Below are positions 10,226 to 20,360 of a DNA stretch of 64,000 nt, piece by piece. The DNA is from an uncultured Pelagibacteraceae bacterium. GTDB taxonomy: Bacteria > Pseudomonadota > Alphaproteobacteria > Pelagibacterales > AG-422-B15. Each line of letters starts with the position of its first letter. The stretch's first letter is position 1. Both the position numbers and the translations under genes were made by a program. The stretch covers positions 19,554-83,553 of the forward strand of contig CACMLX010000003.1 of assembly GCA_902614655.1 (NCBI GenBank). Direction: 5' to 3'. Under the pieces are notes generated by a model. It had not been told where the DNA came from and did no database searches. It worked only from the letters and a program-made list of their open reading frames with translations.

Positions 10226-10646
10226 GATTGTCAAAGGATTAGTACTTCCATTTTTAGTTGTCCTTTTAATAAGTACATCTGCATTTTCACTTACTGATGA
10301 GGACGAACAAGAGATTATTTCTGTTGTAAGTCAGCAGCTGCAAGCATTTCAAAATGATGATTTCGAAAAAGCTTATTCTTTCGCATCGCCAATTATTAAG
10401 AAGATATTCCCAAGTCCAAAAGCGTTTGGTGAAATGGTTGTAGGTCAGTACCAGGCCGTTTATCGTCCCAAAAGTGTGAACTTTGGCAAGATATCACTTA
10501 GAGATGGCGTACCTTCCCTAGAAGTATATTTAGTTGATCCTGAGGGTGAATTCGTAACTGCAATTTACTCAATGCAGCAACAAGAGGACGGTGAATGGCT
10601 GATTAATGGTTGTTTTCTTACTCAGGCAGAGAGTAATGAAATTTAG
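10212..10646 (+). CDS. Secreted DUF4864-like protein
   Basis: 144 aa. Signal peptide followed by the QAFQNDDFEKAYSFASP pattern typical of DUF4864. Confidence 0.5.
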   Translation: MLTTKIVKGLVLPFLVVLLISTSAFSLTDEDEQEIISVVSQQLQAFQNDDFEKAYSFASPIIKKIFPSPKAFGEMVVGQYQAVYRPKSVNFGKISLRDGVPSLEVYLVDPEGEFVTAIYSMQQQEDGEWLINGCFLTQAESNEI

Positions 10647-11887
10647 GATTGAGAGTTTCTGATAATTTGCTCGTAAAATTTTAGGCTTTCTTTACTTTTT
10701 CTCTCTAAAGTATCTCTATTCACCTCGATTAAACCAAAACGCGGTTTGTAGCCATATATCCATTCAAAGTTGTCCAGAAATGACCAATAGTAATAACCTC
10801 GAATATCTAAACCGTCATCTAAACAGCTTTGAAGTCCTTTTAATGCTGTAGTGATATATTTTATTCTTTGATTATCATCATCTGTACCAATCCCATTTTC
10901 AGTCACAATCATTGGGCAATTTATTTTTGGAGCAACATACCTCAATACATTTTCTAATGACTCGGGATAATATTCATATCCCATAACAAGCATATTTTCA
11001 TCATTGACGTTAGGTTTCATGATGCCCTCAGGACCATAGGTGTGACGTGTATACGTTTGAATACCAATGAAATCGTCGTCCTTAGTTTGATCCAAACACA
11101 CATCCACTGTTTCAGCATGAGCAATGTCGCGTGTTTGTTCGCCTCCTTCTGCCGCTTGGTAATCCATAATTGAAAGTGTAATACCAACTGGCTGATTTTT
11201 TGTAAGTAGACCTTTGATAACTGGAAACGCTTTTACGTGCGCCGCCATCATACAGTCACGTATTTTATAGGGATGGCCAAATAGAAAAGGGCCAAAATTA
11301 TCTAGAGTTGACCCGCATGATTTAGCGGCATCTTCAACAAATGGCATGATAGTTTTCATTCCTTGTTCAGGGTAGCTAGGAAATGTGTGCGCAAAACATG
11401 CAGTTAGATTTGCCTCATTTATTGTACAAACCGTATCTATGCGGTTACCCAGCTCTTTTGTTACAAATTCAGCATATTTAACATATAAATCTGTGTTTTC
11501 CTTTTTTTCCCAACCTCCTTTAGCTGTAAACCAAAGTGGGGAAGTGAAGTGTTGGAATGTGACGCACGTTTGAAGATTATTTTCATGACAACAATCCAAA
11601 ACTTTTTTGTAATGATCAATTGCTTCATTTGAAAATTCTCCCTCGGACTCTTCGATACGAGCCCATTCAATAGATAGTCTATAGGACTGTATTGCGTGAG
11701 ATGACATAAGTTTTATATCTTCCTCATATCTATTCAATTGATCACAAGCAATTCCTGACGGTTCAGCAAATGTGGTATTTTTTGTATTTTCAAGCAGCCA
11801 AAAATCTGAGTTTGTATTATTTCCTTCTACTTGATGAGCAGCAGTCGCTGTACCCCATATAAAATCTTTTGGTAAATTAAGTTTCAT
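10643..11887 (-). CDS. Glycoside hydrolase family 1 (beta-glucosidase/galactosidase)
   Basis: 414 aa. N-terminal FIWGTATAAHQVEG, acid/base region TINEAN and nucleophile motif IVTENGIG. Confidence 0.9.
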   Translation of the reverse strand: MKLNLPKDFIWGTATAAHQVEGNNTNSDFWLLENTKNTTFAEPSGIACDQLNRYEEDIKLMSSHAIQSYRLSIEWARIEESEGEFSNEAIDHYKKVLDCCHENNLQTCVTFQHFTSPLWFTAKGGWEKKENTDLYVKYAEFVTKELGNRIDTVCTINEANLTACFAHTFPSYPEQGMKTIMPFVEDAAKSCGSTLDNFGPFLFGHPYKIRDCMMAAHVKAFPVIKGLLTKNQPVGITLSIMDYQAAEGGEQTRDIAHAETVDVCLDQTKDDDFIGIQTYTRHTYGPEGIMKPNVNDENMLVMGYEYYPESLENVLRYVAPKINCPMIVTENGIGTDDDNQRIKYITTALKGLQSCLDDGLDIRGYYYWSFLDNFEWIYGYKPRFGLIEVNRDTLERKSKESLKFYEQIIRNSQS

Positions 11888-11889
11888 AA

Positions 11890-12921
11890 TTATATAAATT
11901 TAGCATTTGGATACCCATCAAGAATATACTTTTTAAGTTCTTCAACCAGCTCTTTTTTTACTAAAGTTACGATTGCCCCACCAAAACCAGCTCCAGTGAG
12001 TTTAGATCCTAAAGCGCCAAAGGAATTAGATAGATGAACTAACTTATTTAAATTATCAGTTGATACTCTATAGTGTCGTGATAAAGAAATATGACTTTCT
12101 GTCATTAATTTTCCAAATTCTTCAGCTTTATTATCTTTTAAAAATTGAGCTGCTTTTACAACTCTCAAATTTTCCTCAATTACATGTCTACTAACATTAA
12201 GCTCTTCATCTGAAAGTAATTGAATATCATTTTCATCAATTTTTGTTTTTGCACAGAGGTTTTGAATTTTCATTTTTTTTGCAGCATTGAGACATAATTC
12301 TTTTTTTTTGTTAAACTCACTATCTGATAAAATCCTTTGTGTGTTGCTGTCAATTATTAGAAATTGATAATCCTGAAAAATTGGTATCAATTCATAATTT
12401 TTATTAAAGGTATCAAGAAAAAGAGCTTCATAATGATTTCCTAAGACCGATACAAATTGATCCATAACTCCACCGCCCACACCAACAAAATCATTTTCAA
12501 CCTCAAATGCTAAATTAATTAAATCTTCATCTGCTAAATTTTTTTGAAAATAGCAACTTAGCGATTTTAAAGTACTTACGGTGATTGCAGCAGAGGAAGA
12601 GAGACCGACTCCCAATGGAAGGCTGCTTTTGATATAAATTGAGATATTGTTAATCTTAACTGAAAACTTCTTCTCAAAATAAAGACATGATCCAATAACG
12701 AAATCTGCCCAATTATTTCTTTTTTCGAGTTTCTTAACAGTTAAATAGTCTTTATATTTATCTGAAACTATTGAAATAGATTCACTATTTTTATTTTCAA
12801 CGATCTCACAGATAATTGAGTTCTTGATTTGTAACGGTAAAACATGTCCACCATTATAGTCTAAATGCTCTCCAATGAGGTTAACTCTGCCAAAGCCCTC
12901 ACCAATCGAGACCGTGTTCAT
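11890..12921 (-). CDS. galK: Galactokinase (GHMP kinase)
   Basis: 343 aa. Galactokinase signature GEHLDYNGG, GHMP motif PLGVGLSSSAA and C-terminal TGAGFGG. Confidence 0.85.
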   Translation of the reverse strand: MNTVSIGEGFGRVNLIGEHLDYNGGHVLPLQIKNSIICEIVENKNSESISIVSDKYKDYLTVKKLEKRNNWADFVIGSCLYFEKKFSVKINNISIYIKSSLPLGVGLSSSAAITVSTLKSLSCYFQKNLADEDLINLAFEVENDFVGVGGGVMDQFVSVLGNHYEALFLDTFNKNYELIPIFQDYQFLIIDSNTQRILSDSEFNKKKELCLNAAKKMKIQNLCAKTKIDENDIQLLSDEELNVSRHVIEENLRVVKAAQFLKDNKAEEFGKLMTESHISLSRHYRVSTDNLNKLVHLSNSFGALGSKLTGAGFGGAIVTLVKKELVEELKKYILDGYPNAKFI

Positions 12922-12924
12922 AAC

Positions 12925-14256
12925 TTAACTTTGTCTTTGTTTTAATTCAGAAAATATTCTTTCATAAAAGTTACTATCGTACTTATTAAAGTACGTAACT
13001 ATTATTGCTATAGTTCCGGCAACAGCTGGAAAAATATATCCCATAATAAATAGACCATTCAATGTTTCTGGGCTTTGATCTATTGCATTTGCCACATAAT
13101 CTGTGCTTTCAAGAATTACTCCAGCAAGCCATGCACTAAAACCAACACTTAATTTAAAAACAAATACGTGAGCTGCGTTTAAGACTCCTTCAGCACGAAA
13201 TCCAGATTTCCATTCACCATACTCGATTGTATCAGCTATCATTGACCAGGCCATGACACCTGCCATACCGAAACCAATGAAGCCAAAGGTTGCAATAAAA
13301 GCTAATAACCAAAAGTTTTCATAACCAGTAATATAATAGATTATTAAATCTGTGATTACGTAAAGAAATGTTCCAATCATGAATAAAGTCTTTTTTTCAA
13401 ACCTATGTTTTATTAAGTTAACTAAATATGCACCAAACATAATTTGTAAAATCACGCCAAGTAAAATTGGACTAAAGTAAGCCTCTAATTGAAGATTATA
13501 TTTTACAAAATAGACAACTGTTAGTTGCTTGATATTATTTGCAACCCAAGTTGTTAAAAGTGCCAATATTACGAAATGTAATGGATAATTGTTAAATACC
13601 ATTTTAGTAACTTTTTTAATACCAATGGTTTCTTCATATGGCTTTGAATAAACTTCTTTAGTATTAAAAAAACACAGAAATGCAAAAATAGCTCCAAGGA
13701 CTGCCAAACAACCCACTACAATTGGAAATCCGAACTGTGGTGAGCTAAAAAGGCCAACTAGAGGCAATGTTAGAACTGCAACAGCAATTGATCCAGAGCT
13801 GGCTCCTAAATATCTAAATGATGCGAGCGATGTTCTTTCATCTCTGTCTTGAGTCATCGCTGGAATGAGCGATCCAACTGGAATAGCAATGATTGTATAT
13901 AAAGTTGTGAATGTAATGTATGTAAATAGTGCCCAGTAAAATTTACCTGTTTGTGACAAATCAGGTGAGGTAAAACATAGAATAATCATTATTAGTGCGG
14001 GGACTGATCCAAACAAGATATAAGGTCTGAATTTCCCCCATCTGGTCGAAGTATTATCTGCAATGTACCCCATAATCGGGTCAGTAAATGCGTCCCAGAT
14101 TTTCGCTAAAAAGAAAACTAAGCCAGCGTTTGCAGGCGATAATCCAAAAATATCTGTATAAAAAAATAGTAAGTAGAAGACAGTCAGTTGCCACATTATA
14201 TTAATGGCAAAATCACCACCACCGTAAAACAATTTTGATCTAAAACTTAGTTTCAT
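12925..14256 (-). CDS. Glycoside-pentoside-hexuronide (GPH):cation symporter, MFS superfamily
   Basis: 443 aa, 12 TM. N-terminal KLFYGGGDFA and DAFTDPIMGYIAD...RWGKFRPY are typical MelB/GPH motifs. Confidence 0.85.
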   Translation of the reverse strand: MKLSFRSKLFYGGGDFAINIMWQLTVFYLLFFYTDIFGLSPANAGLVFFLAKIWDAFTDPIMGYIADNTSTRWGKFRPYILFGSVPALIMIILCFTSPDLSQTGKFYWALFTYITFTTLYTIIAIPVGSLIPAMTQDRDERTSLASFRYLGASSGSIAVAVLTLPLVGLFSSPQFGFPIVVGCLAVLGAIFAFLCFFNTKEVYSKPYEETIGIKKVTKMVFNNYPLHFVILALLTTWVANNIKQLTVVYFVKYNLQLEAYFSPILLGVILQIMFGAYLVNLIKHRFEKKTLFMIGTFLYVITDLIIYYITGYENFWLLAFIATFGFIGFGMAGVMAWSMIADTIEYGEWKSGFRAEGVLNAAHVFVFKLSVGFSAWLAGVILESTDYVANAIDQSPETLNGLFIMGYIFPAVAGTIAIIVTYFNKYDSNFYERIFSELKQRQS

Positions 14257-15395
14257 AGGGCATCATATATTGTTTCAACTAATTTAAGTGCTCTTTGATC
14301 ACCTAGCATGGATCCAGTTAATAAATTCATTGTGTATGCGCAGCTAATTCCATTTTCAGGATCCCCAAATGCCATAGAACCGCCCCATCCAGTATGACCA
14401 AATGCTTTACTGCTTTTACCAAATAATTTTCCACCACCGACACTATAACCTGCATGTGACCACTGCATAGGTGATTTCATTACATGATCGTCTCCACTTA
14501 CAGCAACTGTAGTAAGGGTTTCAAAGGTATTTGATGAAATAAATTTATTTGATAAATGTGATAAGAAAAAATCATAAATTTTTGCAAGTGATTTTGAATT
14601 AGAGTGACAGTTCATAGCTGGAATTTCTGCAAGTCGCCATTCAGCTGTGTTTGCTGTTTTTGTTCTGTTTGCAGGATTAAGAAACGCAGTAATTAGATAC
14701 TCATCTACATTTGTAGGATCACTAAAAGCTTTTCTTAGGCTTTCAGAGCTAATTAGCTCAGCAATATTGTCATGATATGCTGAAGGTGTACCTATAAAAC
14801 ATTTGGTTTCAAGAGGACTATTCAGTAACTCTTCCAAGTTCTTACCGACTGATTTATTGGTCACCCGTTTAATTAATTCACCAACCAAAAAACCGATCGT
14901 TTTTGGATGATAACATATTTTTTCGTCAGCTTTATGATATGGTTCTTGATTTGCCAGCAGATCAACTACATAGTCCCATTTGTAAAAATCGGTTTCATCT
15001 ATAGGTTGTCTCCATCCATACATCCCTGCTTGATGCGAGAGTAATGTCTTTACTTTTATACCTTCTTTTCCACCTTTCGCAAATTCAGGCCAGTAATCAG
15101 CAACATTTTTCTCTAAATCTAGTTTGTTTTCATCAATCAATTTAGCAACAATCATCGCAACAATTCCCTTACTGGTCGAATGGATGTTTACTATTGTATT
15201 TTGGTCCCACTTGTTTTTTTTATCACGATCCCGATAGCCGCCATAAAGGTTTACCAAAACTTCCCCATTTTGATAAACGGCAAATGATGCACCCACCTCC
15301 TCATCATTTTCTAAGTTTTTCTTGAATAATTCGTAAGTGTTTTCGAACTTTTTATTAAACTCACCCAATGCTGTTATCTCATTTTCTGTAGTCAT
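14253..15395 (-). CDS. Beta-lactamase-fold serine hydrolase (class C/esterase family)
   Basis: 380 aa. SxxK nucleophile motif HSTSKG. 4-nt overlap with the transporter gene. Confidence 0.85.
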   Translation of the reverse strand: MTTENEITALGEFNKKFENTYELFKKNLENDEEVGASFAVYQNGEVLVNLYGGYRDRDKKNKWDQNTIVNIHSTSKGIVAMIVAKLIDENKLDLEKNVADYWPEFAKGGKEGIKVKTLLSHQAGMYGWRQPIDETDFYKWDYVVDLLANQEPYHKADEKICYHPKTIGFLVGELIKRVTNKSVGKNLEELLNSPLETKCFIGTPSAYHDNIAELISSESLRKAFSDPTNVDEYLITAFLNPANRTKTANTAEWRLAEIPAMNCHSNSKSLAKIYDFFLSHLSNKFISSNTFETLTTVAVSGDDHVMKSPMQWSHAGYSVGGGKLFGKSSKAFGHTGWGGSMAFGDPENGISCAYTMNLLTGSMLGDQRALKLVETIYDAL

Positions 15396-15441
15396 TTATA
15401 GTGTTATAAGGCTATTATTTATATATTTTGCAGTAGATTAT

Positions 15442-16350
15442 ATGACAGAGCAGAATAACAAAACATATTTAATAGGTTTTATACTGGCACTATCTGCTGG
15501 TTTGATATGGAGTTTTGGAGCTCCTACTGTTAGGTATATGGTAGATGCTCAGGTCTATCAATGGCATTATCTTTTTTATAGAGGTATAGTTGTAGCAACA
15601 ATTTTGTTGATATATTTGATTTATAACGAAGGAATTTCTTTCTATCATAATTTTAATAGAGTTGGATCATCTGGTTTATTGGGTGGCATTGGTCTTGCCG
15701 CAGCTTTTATATTTTTTATTTTTGGAATGACTTATACCTCTGCGGCTACCACATTATTTATGATTGGCACACAACCATTATTTGCCGGGCTCTTTGCATA
15801 TATCTTTTTAAAAGAAAAAATTGGCATCACAACTGCGATAGCGTGTTTTGTATCTTTGTTTGGAATCTTTTTAATGGCTTATAATGACTGGTATGCAGGA
15901 ACCTTTTTAGGTTGGATATTTGGTTTATTCTGTTCTATTGGATTTGCAATATTTGCAACAACGCTCAGATGGCAACCAGACACACCTAAATTTACGACAA
16001 TCATTATTGCTGGAATTGCCTGCTCACTTTTTTCAATGATTATGATTGTTTTATTTGCTGACAGTTACTCAATGCCGTTACAAAATATTTTATTAAGTAT
16101 GCTACATGGAACTTTAGTCGGGATTGGACTTATACTTTTAAGTTTAGGTGCGCGCTATCTGCCTGCAGCAGAATTTATGTTACTTTCTTTGACAGAAGTT
16201 GTGGGAGGAGTAATTTGGTGTTGGATACCTTTATTTGGAGTAAACGAAGTTCCCTCAAACATAACTTTGATGGGTGGCTTGGTAATTATTATTGCTATAA
16301 GTTTTTATGCTTTTGGTACTACAAAAAAAACCACACCGCCAACGCTATAG
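15442..16350 (+). CDS. EamA/DMT family transporter
   Basis: Track ORF 15337-16350. I prefer ATG 15442 (MTEQNNKTYLIGF...) because the longer start overlaps the divergent hydrolase gene. 10-TM duplicated EamA pattern. Confidence 0.8.
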   Translation: MTEQNNKTYLIGFILALSAGLIWSFGAPTVRYMVDAQVYQWHYLFYRGIVVATILLIYLIYNEGISFYHNFNRVGSSGLLGGIGLAAAFIFFIFGMTYTSAATTLFMIGTQPLFAGLFAYIFLKEKIGITTAIACFVSLFGIFLMAYNDWYAGTFLGWIFGLFCSIGFAIFATTLRWQPDTPKFTTIIIAGIACSLFSMIMIVLFADSYSMPLQNILLSMLHGTLVGIGLILLSLGARYLPAAEFMLLSLTEVVGGVIWCWIPLFGVNEVPSNITLMGGLVIIIAISFYAFGTTKKTTPPTL

Positions 16351-16356
16351 AAAAAT

Positions 16357-17520
16357 ATGAGTGATATTGATAATGTTAGCTGGAATTATCCTACCCCAAT
16401 ATGGTTTGGTTTAGGCCGTTCCATAGAGATCCCAAATGCTTTAGAAGCTCAAGGCATGCAAAATCCTTTAGTTGTTACCGATCCAGAATTTACCTCTAAT
16501 AAAAACTTTATAAAAATTATTGAATTATTAAAAAATAATAAAATCAAACACTCAATTTTTTCAAATATAAAAGGAAATCCAACTGGCAAAAACGTAATGG
16601 ACGGTGTCGAACACTTTTTGTCTAACAATAACGATGGTGTAATAGCGATTGGTGGAGGCAGTTCTCTTGATGCTGGTAAAGCAATTGCCTTTATGACAAA
16701 ACAGAGGGAAAACCTGTGGTTTTTCGAAGATATTGGGGATAATTGGACAAGGGCTATTACAGATCAACTTCCAAAAGTAATTGCGATACCAACTACGGCT
16801 GGCACAGGTTCTGAAACAGGCCGCGCATCACTTATTTTGGACGAAAGTGATAAGACAAAAAAAATAATATTTCATCCTTCGTTCTTACCAGACCTTGTAG
16901 TACTTGATCCAAATTTAACTTTATCTCTTCCACCTCATCTCACAGCCGCAACAGGTATGGATGCTTTAGCTCATTGTTTAGAGGCATACTGTGCTAGAGG
17001 TTTTCATCCTATGGCAGATGGTATTGCACTAGAAGGGATAAAGAACGTGAAAGATAGTCTTCTAAATGCCTATAAAAATCCTGATGATATCTTTGCAAGA
17101 TCAAAAATGTTAGTAACATCATCAATGGGATCAACTGCATTTCAAAAAGGACTAGGAGCAATACATTCTCTTTCACATCCTATAAATGCAGTTAATGATA
17201 TTCATCACGGTCTTTCAAATGCAATATTTATGCCATATGTACTTAAGTTTAATGAACCGATTATAAATCAGAGGATACAACTATTAACAAAATACTTAGA
17301 ATTAGAGAATTCTACATTTGATGGATTTCTGTCTTGGATATTGAAGCTTAGAGATGAACTCGCTATCCCTCATACATTGAAGGAGCTTAATCAAGAATTT
17401 GATTTTGAGCTACTTAGTGAAATGGCCCTGAAAGATCCATCCACTGGAACAAATCCACGCGATATAAGCTTTGATGAAATGAAGCAACTTTACATTAACT
17501 CGTATGAGGGTATTCTATAA
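16357..17520 (+). CDS. Iron-containing (group III) alcohol dehydrogenase
   Basis: 387 aa. Contains GGGSSLDAGKA and metal-binding His region AIHSLSHPINAVNDIHHG. Confidence 0.9.
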   Translation: MSDIDNVSWNYPTPIWFGLGRSIEIPNALEAQGMQNPLVVTDPEFTSNKNFIKIIELLKNNKIKHSIFSNIKGNPTGKNVMDGVEHFLSNNNDGVIAIGGGSSLDAGKAIAFMTKQRENLWFFEDIGDNWTRAITDQLPKVIAIPTTAGTGSETGRASLILDESDKTKKIIFHPSFLPDLVVLDPNLTLSLPPHLTAATGMDALAHCLEAYCARGFHPMADGIALEGIKNVKDSLLNAYKNPDDIFARSKMLVTSSMGSTAFQKGLGAIHSLSHPINAVNDIHHGLSNAIFMPYVLKFNEPIINQRIQLLTKYLELENSTFDGFLSWILKLRDELAIPHTLKELNQEFDFELLSEMALKDPSTGTNPRDISFDEMKQLYINSYEGIL

Positions 17521-17522
17521 GC

Positions 17523-18263
17523 ATGATCAAAACTGAAAAACTAGTTTATGGTTCCGCTAATTCTAGTGTGCAATTTGAAGGTTCAATAAGTTATGAAGAT
17601 AGTTTTGATACACCAAGACCAGGGGTGCTTGTATGTCATGCTTATGGAGGCCATTCTGATTTTGATATTAAGAAATCAGAACAACTTGCTGAGCTTGGGT
17701 ACTTTGCATTTGCTATGGATTTATATGGACAGGGAAGAAGAGGTTCAAATCCCCAAGAGTCAATGGAGTTGATGAATGAATTTAATTCTGACCGTGTATT
17801 GCTTCAACAAAGAATGATCGATGCTTTTCAAACCCTCAAGAATTTTGATAAAGTTGATGAAAACAAAACCGGAGCAATTGGATTTTGTTTTGGAGGAAAA
17901 TGTGCACTTGATTTGGCTAGGGCAGGTGAAGATGTAAAAGGGGTTGTTAGTTTTCATGGATTATATGACGCGCCAACGGCAAGTTCAGGAAAGCAATTAA
18001 AAGGAACAATAAAAATTGACTCATCGATTTTAATTCTACATGGATACGATGATCCCATGGCCACTCCACAAAATATGATTGATTTAGCTGATGAATTAAA
18101 TTCAAAAAAAGCAAATTGGCAAATTCATGCTTACGGCAATGTTGGACATGCTTTTACAAATCCTGAAGCTAATGATCGAAACTCAGGATTATTTTATGAT
18201 GCACATGCCGATCAGCATTCATGGCGAGAGATGTCTAATTTCTTTGAAAAAATTTTTTCTTGA
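17523..18263 (+). CDS. Dienelactone hydrolase family protein
   Basis: 246 aa. Nucleophile elbow GFCFGG and C-terminal HGYDD...GHAF triad pattern. Confidence 0.85.
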   Translation: MIKTEKLVYGSANSSVQFEGSISYEDSFDTPRPGVLVCHAYGGHSDFDIKKSEQLAELGYFAFAMDLYGQGRRGSNPQESMELMNEFNSDRVLLQQRMIDAFQTLKNFDKVDENKTGAIGFCFGGKCALDLARAGEDVKGVVSFHGLYDAPTASSGKQLKGTIKIDSSILILHGYDDPMATPQNMIDLADELNSKKANWQIHAYGNVGHAFTNPEANDRNSGLFYDAHADQHSWREMSNFFEKIFS

Positions 18264-18268
18264 AATTA

Positions 18269-18625
18269 TTATTCGGACTTCCAATTGATATTTTTCATTG
18301 AATTAAGATAATTTTTAAATTCTTTGATCAATTCTGAGCTTGGTTTTACTGTTTTTCGTCTTTTATCGTTCTCTGTTTTCTCTAAATGTATGAAACCTCT
18401 GTCACAAGCCTCATTAATCATCATAGATGACTTAGGCCGAGATGTATGAAAGAGCTTTGTCTTTAATTCTTCAACACATAGCTTTTCTTTATTTTGATGG
18501 GCTGACATTACAAGGAGCATCATATGATAATGAGATGGGGTCTTTCTGAAAAAGTGCTTACTTGAGCGGTGTGACGTTCCCATTTGTTCTTCCCAAAATC
18601 GTAGGAGTGAATTTGTTGCGCTCAT
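18269..18625 (-). CDS. Small winged-helix (MarR-like) putative regulator
   Basis: 118 aa. Single wHTH-like stretch LCVEELKTKLFHTSRPKSSMMINEACDRGFIHLEKTENDKRRKTVKPS. Weak assignment. Confidence 0.4.
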   Translation of the reverse strand: MSATNSLLRFWEEQMGTSHRSSKHFFRKTPSHYHMMLLVMSAHQNKEKLCVEELKTKLFHTSRPKSSMMINEACDRGFIHLEKTENDKRRKTVKPSSELIKEFKNYLNSMKNINWKSE

Positions 18626-18686
18626 ATAGAAAAAATTTTACAGCAAATAGAGCGATCGTCTAATTAAATTTTATAAAAATTACTAT

Positions 18687-20360
18687 TTAATTATCCCAAT
18701 AAGTGAACTCATCGCCATCTTGAAATGCATACCCATTGTGTTTATCAATTAATATAGGAGCAGACATTGTGTTATCATATAGTGGAGGAGGTTGAACCTT
18801 TTTATGATCATTTAATAATCTTTTCAGCTCTTCAACTTTCAACGTCATTTCGCTTGCAAGATTAATTCTCTCATAGGGGTCACTCTCAACATTAAACAAC
18901 CAGTCTTTACCAGTTCGGTGATCAGTAATGAGCTTCCAATTTTTGTGCAGAACAGTTTGAAGGCGACCTTGTAGCCAATATAGTGTTTCATGCGGCATGT
19001 CTGAATTGTGATTTTGTAAAAAGGGCAATAAGTTTACTCCGTCAATGATTCTATCATCTGGCAATTCCGCTCCAGCTGCAGCAGCAAATGTTGGTAAAAT
19101 ATCATTTGCGTGAATAGGAGCATTAAATTCTATTCCTGGTCCAATTTTATTTGGCCACTTAGCCATAAAAGGTACATGCAAACCACCTTCGAAATGAGTT
19201 AGTTTCCATCCACGATAAGGTTTATTGATATCAGATAAATGAATGTAGTTAGCTCCACCGTTATCGCTGGTTAATACAATCAATGTATTATCTGTTAGAT
19301 TATTCTTTTCAAGTGTATCTAATATTCTGCCAACACTCCTATCAAGAGCTTTTAACATTGCAGAATATACTTTTAATTCTTCACTGGATTCACCCTCGAT
19401 ATGCTGAAAATGATCGTAGTCGTCTCTAAGAGCTTGAAGTGGATTATGAGGCGCAAAGTGAGATAGGTATAAAAAGAAGGGCCTGTTCTTATTTTTTTCA
19501 ATAACTTTGATTGCTTCATCTGTGTAGTAGTCAGTAATATATCCACGAGGTTCAAATGGTTCACTCTTATTATTTCTTGCAGCGTATTGAGTACTGGCCC
19601 AAACCATCTCGTCAATAATTTCCCCAGTTCTAGCATTTACAACATCTGGATGATTCTCTGGAAGATAAAGTCCGCCCATTAATTGAAGGCTGTCGTCAAA
19701 TCCCTGATCGGTTGGACTATAACTTGGAGCAGTTCCAAGATGCCACTTTCCAATTATTGCACTGTAATATCCTTCATTTTTTAGTACCTCTGGAATAGTT
19801 ATTTCGCTAGATGGCATGCCTGGGTATCCAATATTACCATCATTATCCAAAGCAGTGAGTTCAGCTTCATCATCAAAAATTATAGACAATCCCGTATCGT
19901 TTAATTCTTCACCCCATTTTGCAATAGTAATGAGTGATTTAAATGCAGGGGTAAATTCAAATCCAAATCTTGTTGAATAGCGACCAGTCATAATTGAAGC
20001 ACGTGAAGGAGAGCAGCTTGCACTTGCTGCATAACCATTATTAAATTTTATACCTTCTAAACCAATACGGTCCATGTTTGGTGTCATTAAACCGCCATCC
20101 CCAGCACCGCCATTATAAAGCGATACATCATTGAAGCCCAAATCATCAGCAAGTATTAAAATTATATTTGGTTTATTAGCTAAGGCAGGATCTCTTTCTG
20201 ATGGACCGTCTGGCCAAATGACCTCACGATTTTCAGCAATTGGTCTTGTGAACTCAAATATAGTTGGTAGTGACCAGAGAAATATTTGAAGTTTGTATGT
20301 CCATAGGATTAAAGCAAGAATAAAAATAAAAAAAACTGAAAGAGATATTTTTTTTATCAT
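18687..20360 (-). CDS. Arylsulfatase (Cys-type, formylglycine-dependent)
   Basis: 557 aa. N-terminal anchor, sulfatase signature SASCSPSRASIMTGR and metal site LILADDLGFND. Confidence 0.9.
   Translation of the reverse strand: MIKKISLSVFFIFILALILWTYKLQIFLWSLPTIFEFTRPIAENREVIWPDGPSERDPALANKPNIILILADDLGFNDVSLYNGGAGDGGLMTPNMDRIGLEGIKFNNGYAASASCSPSRASIMTGRYSTRFGFEFTPAFKSLITIAKWGEELNDTGLSIIFDDEAELTALDNDGNIGYPGMPSSEITIPEVLKNEGYYSAIIGKWHLGTAPSYSPTDQGFDDSLQLMGGLYLPENHPDVVNARTGEIIDEMVWASTQYAARNNKSEPFEPRGYITDYYTDEAIKVIEKNKNRPFFLYLSHFAPHNPLQALRDDYDHFQHIEGESSEELKVYSAMLKALDRSVGRILDTLEKNNLTDNTLIVLTSDNGGANYIHLSDINKPYRGWKLTHFEGGLHVPFMAKWPNKIGPGIEFNAPIHANDILPTFAAAAGAELPDDRIIDGVNLLPFLQNHNSDMPHETLYWLQGRLQTVLHKNWKLITDHRTGKDWLFNVESDPYERINLASEMTLKVEELKRLLNDHKKVQPPPLYDNTMSAPILIDKHNGYAFQDGDEFTYWDN

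Noticed and set aside
15337-15441. Extended N-terminus of the DMT transporter ORF
   Set aside because: It would overlap the divergent hydrolase gene by 59 nt. The internal ATG at 15442 gives a normal EamA N-terminus.
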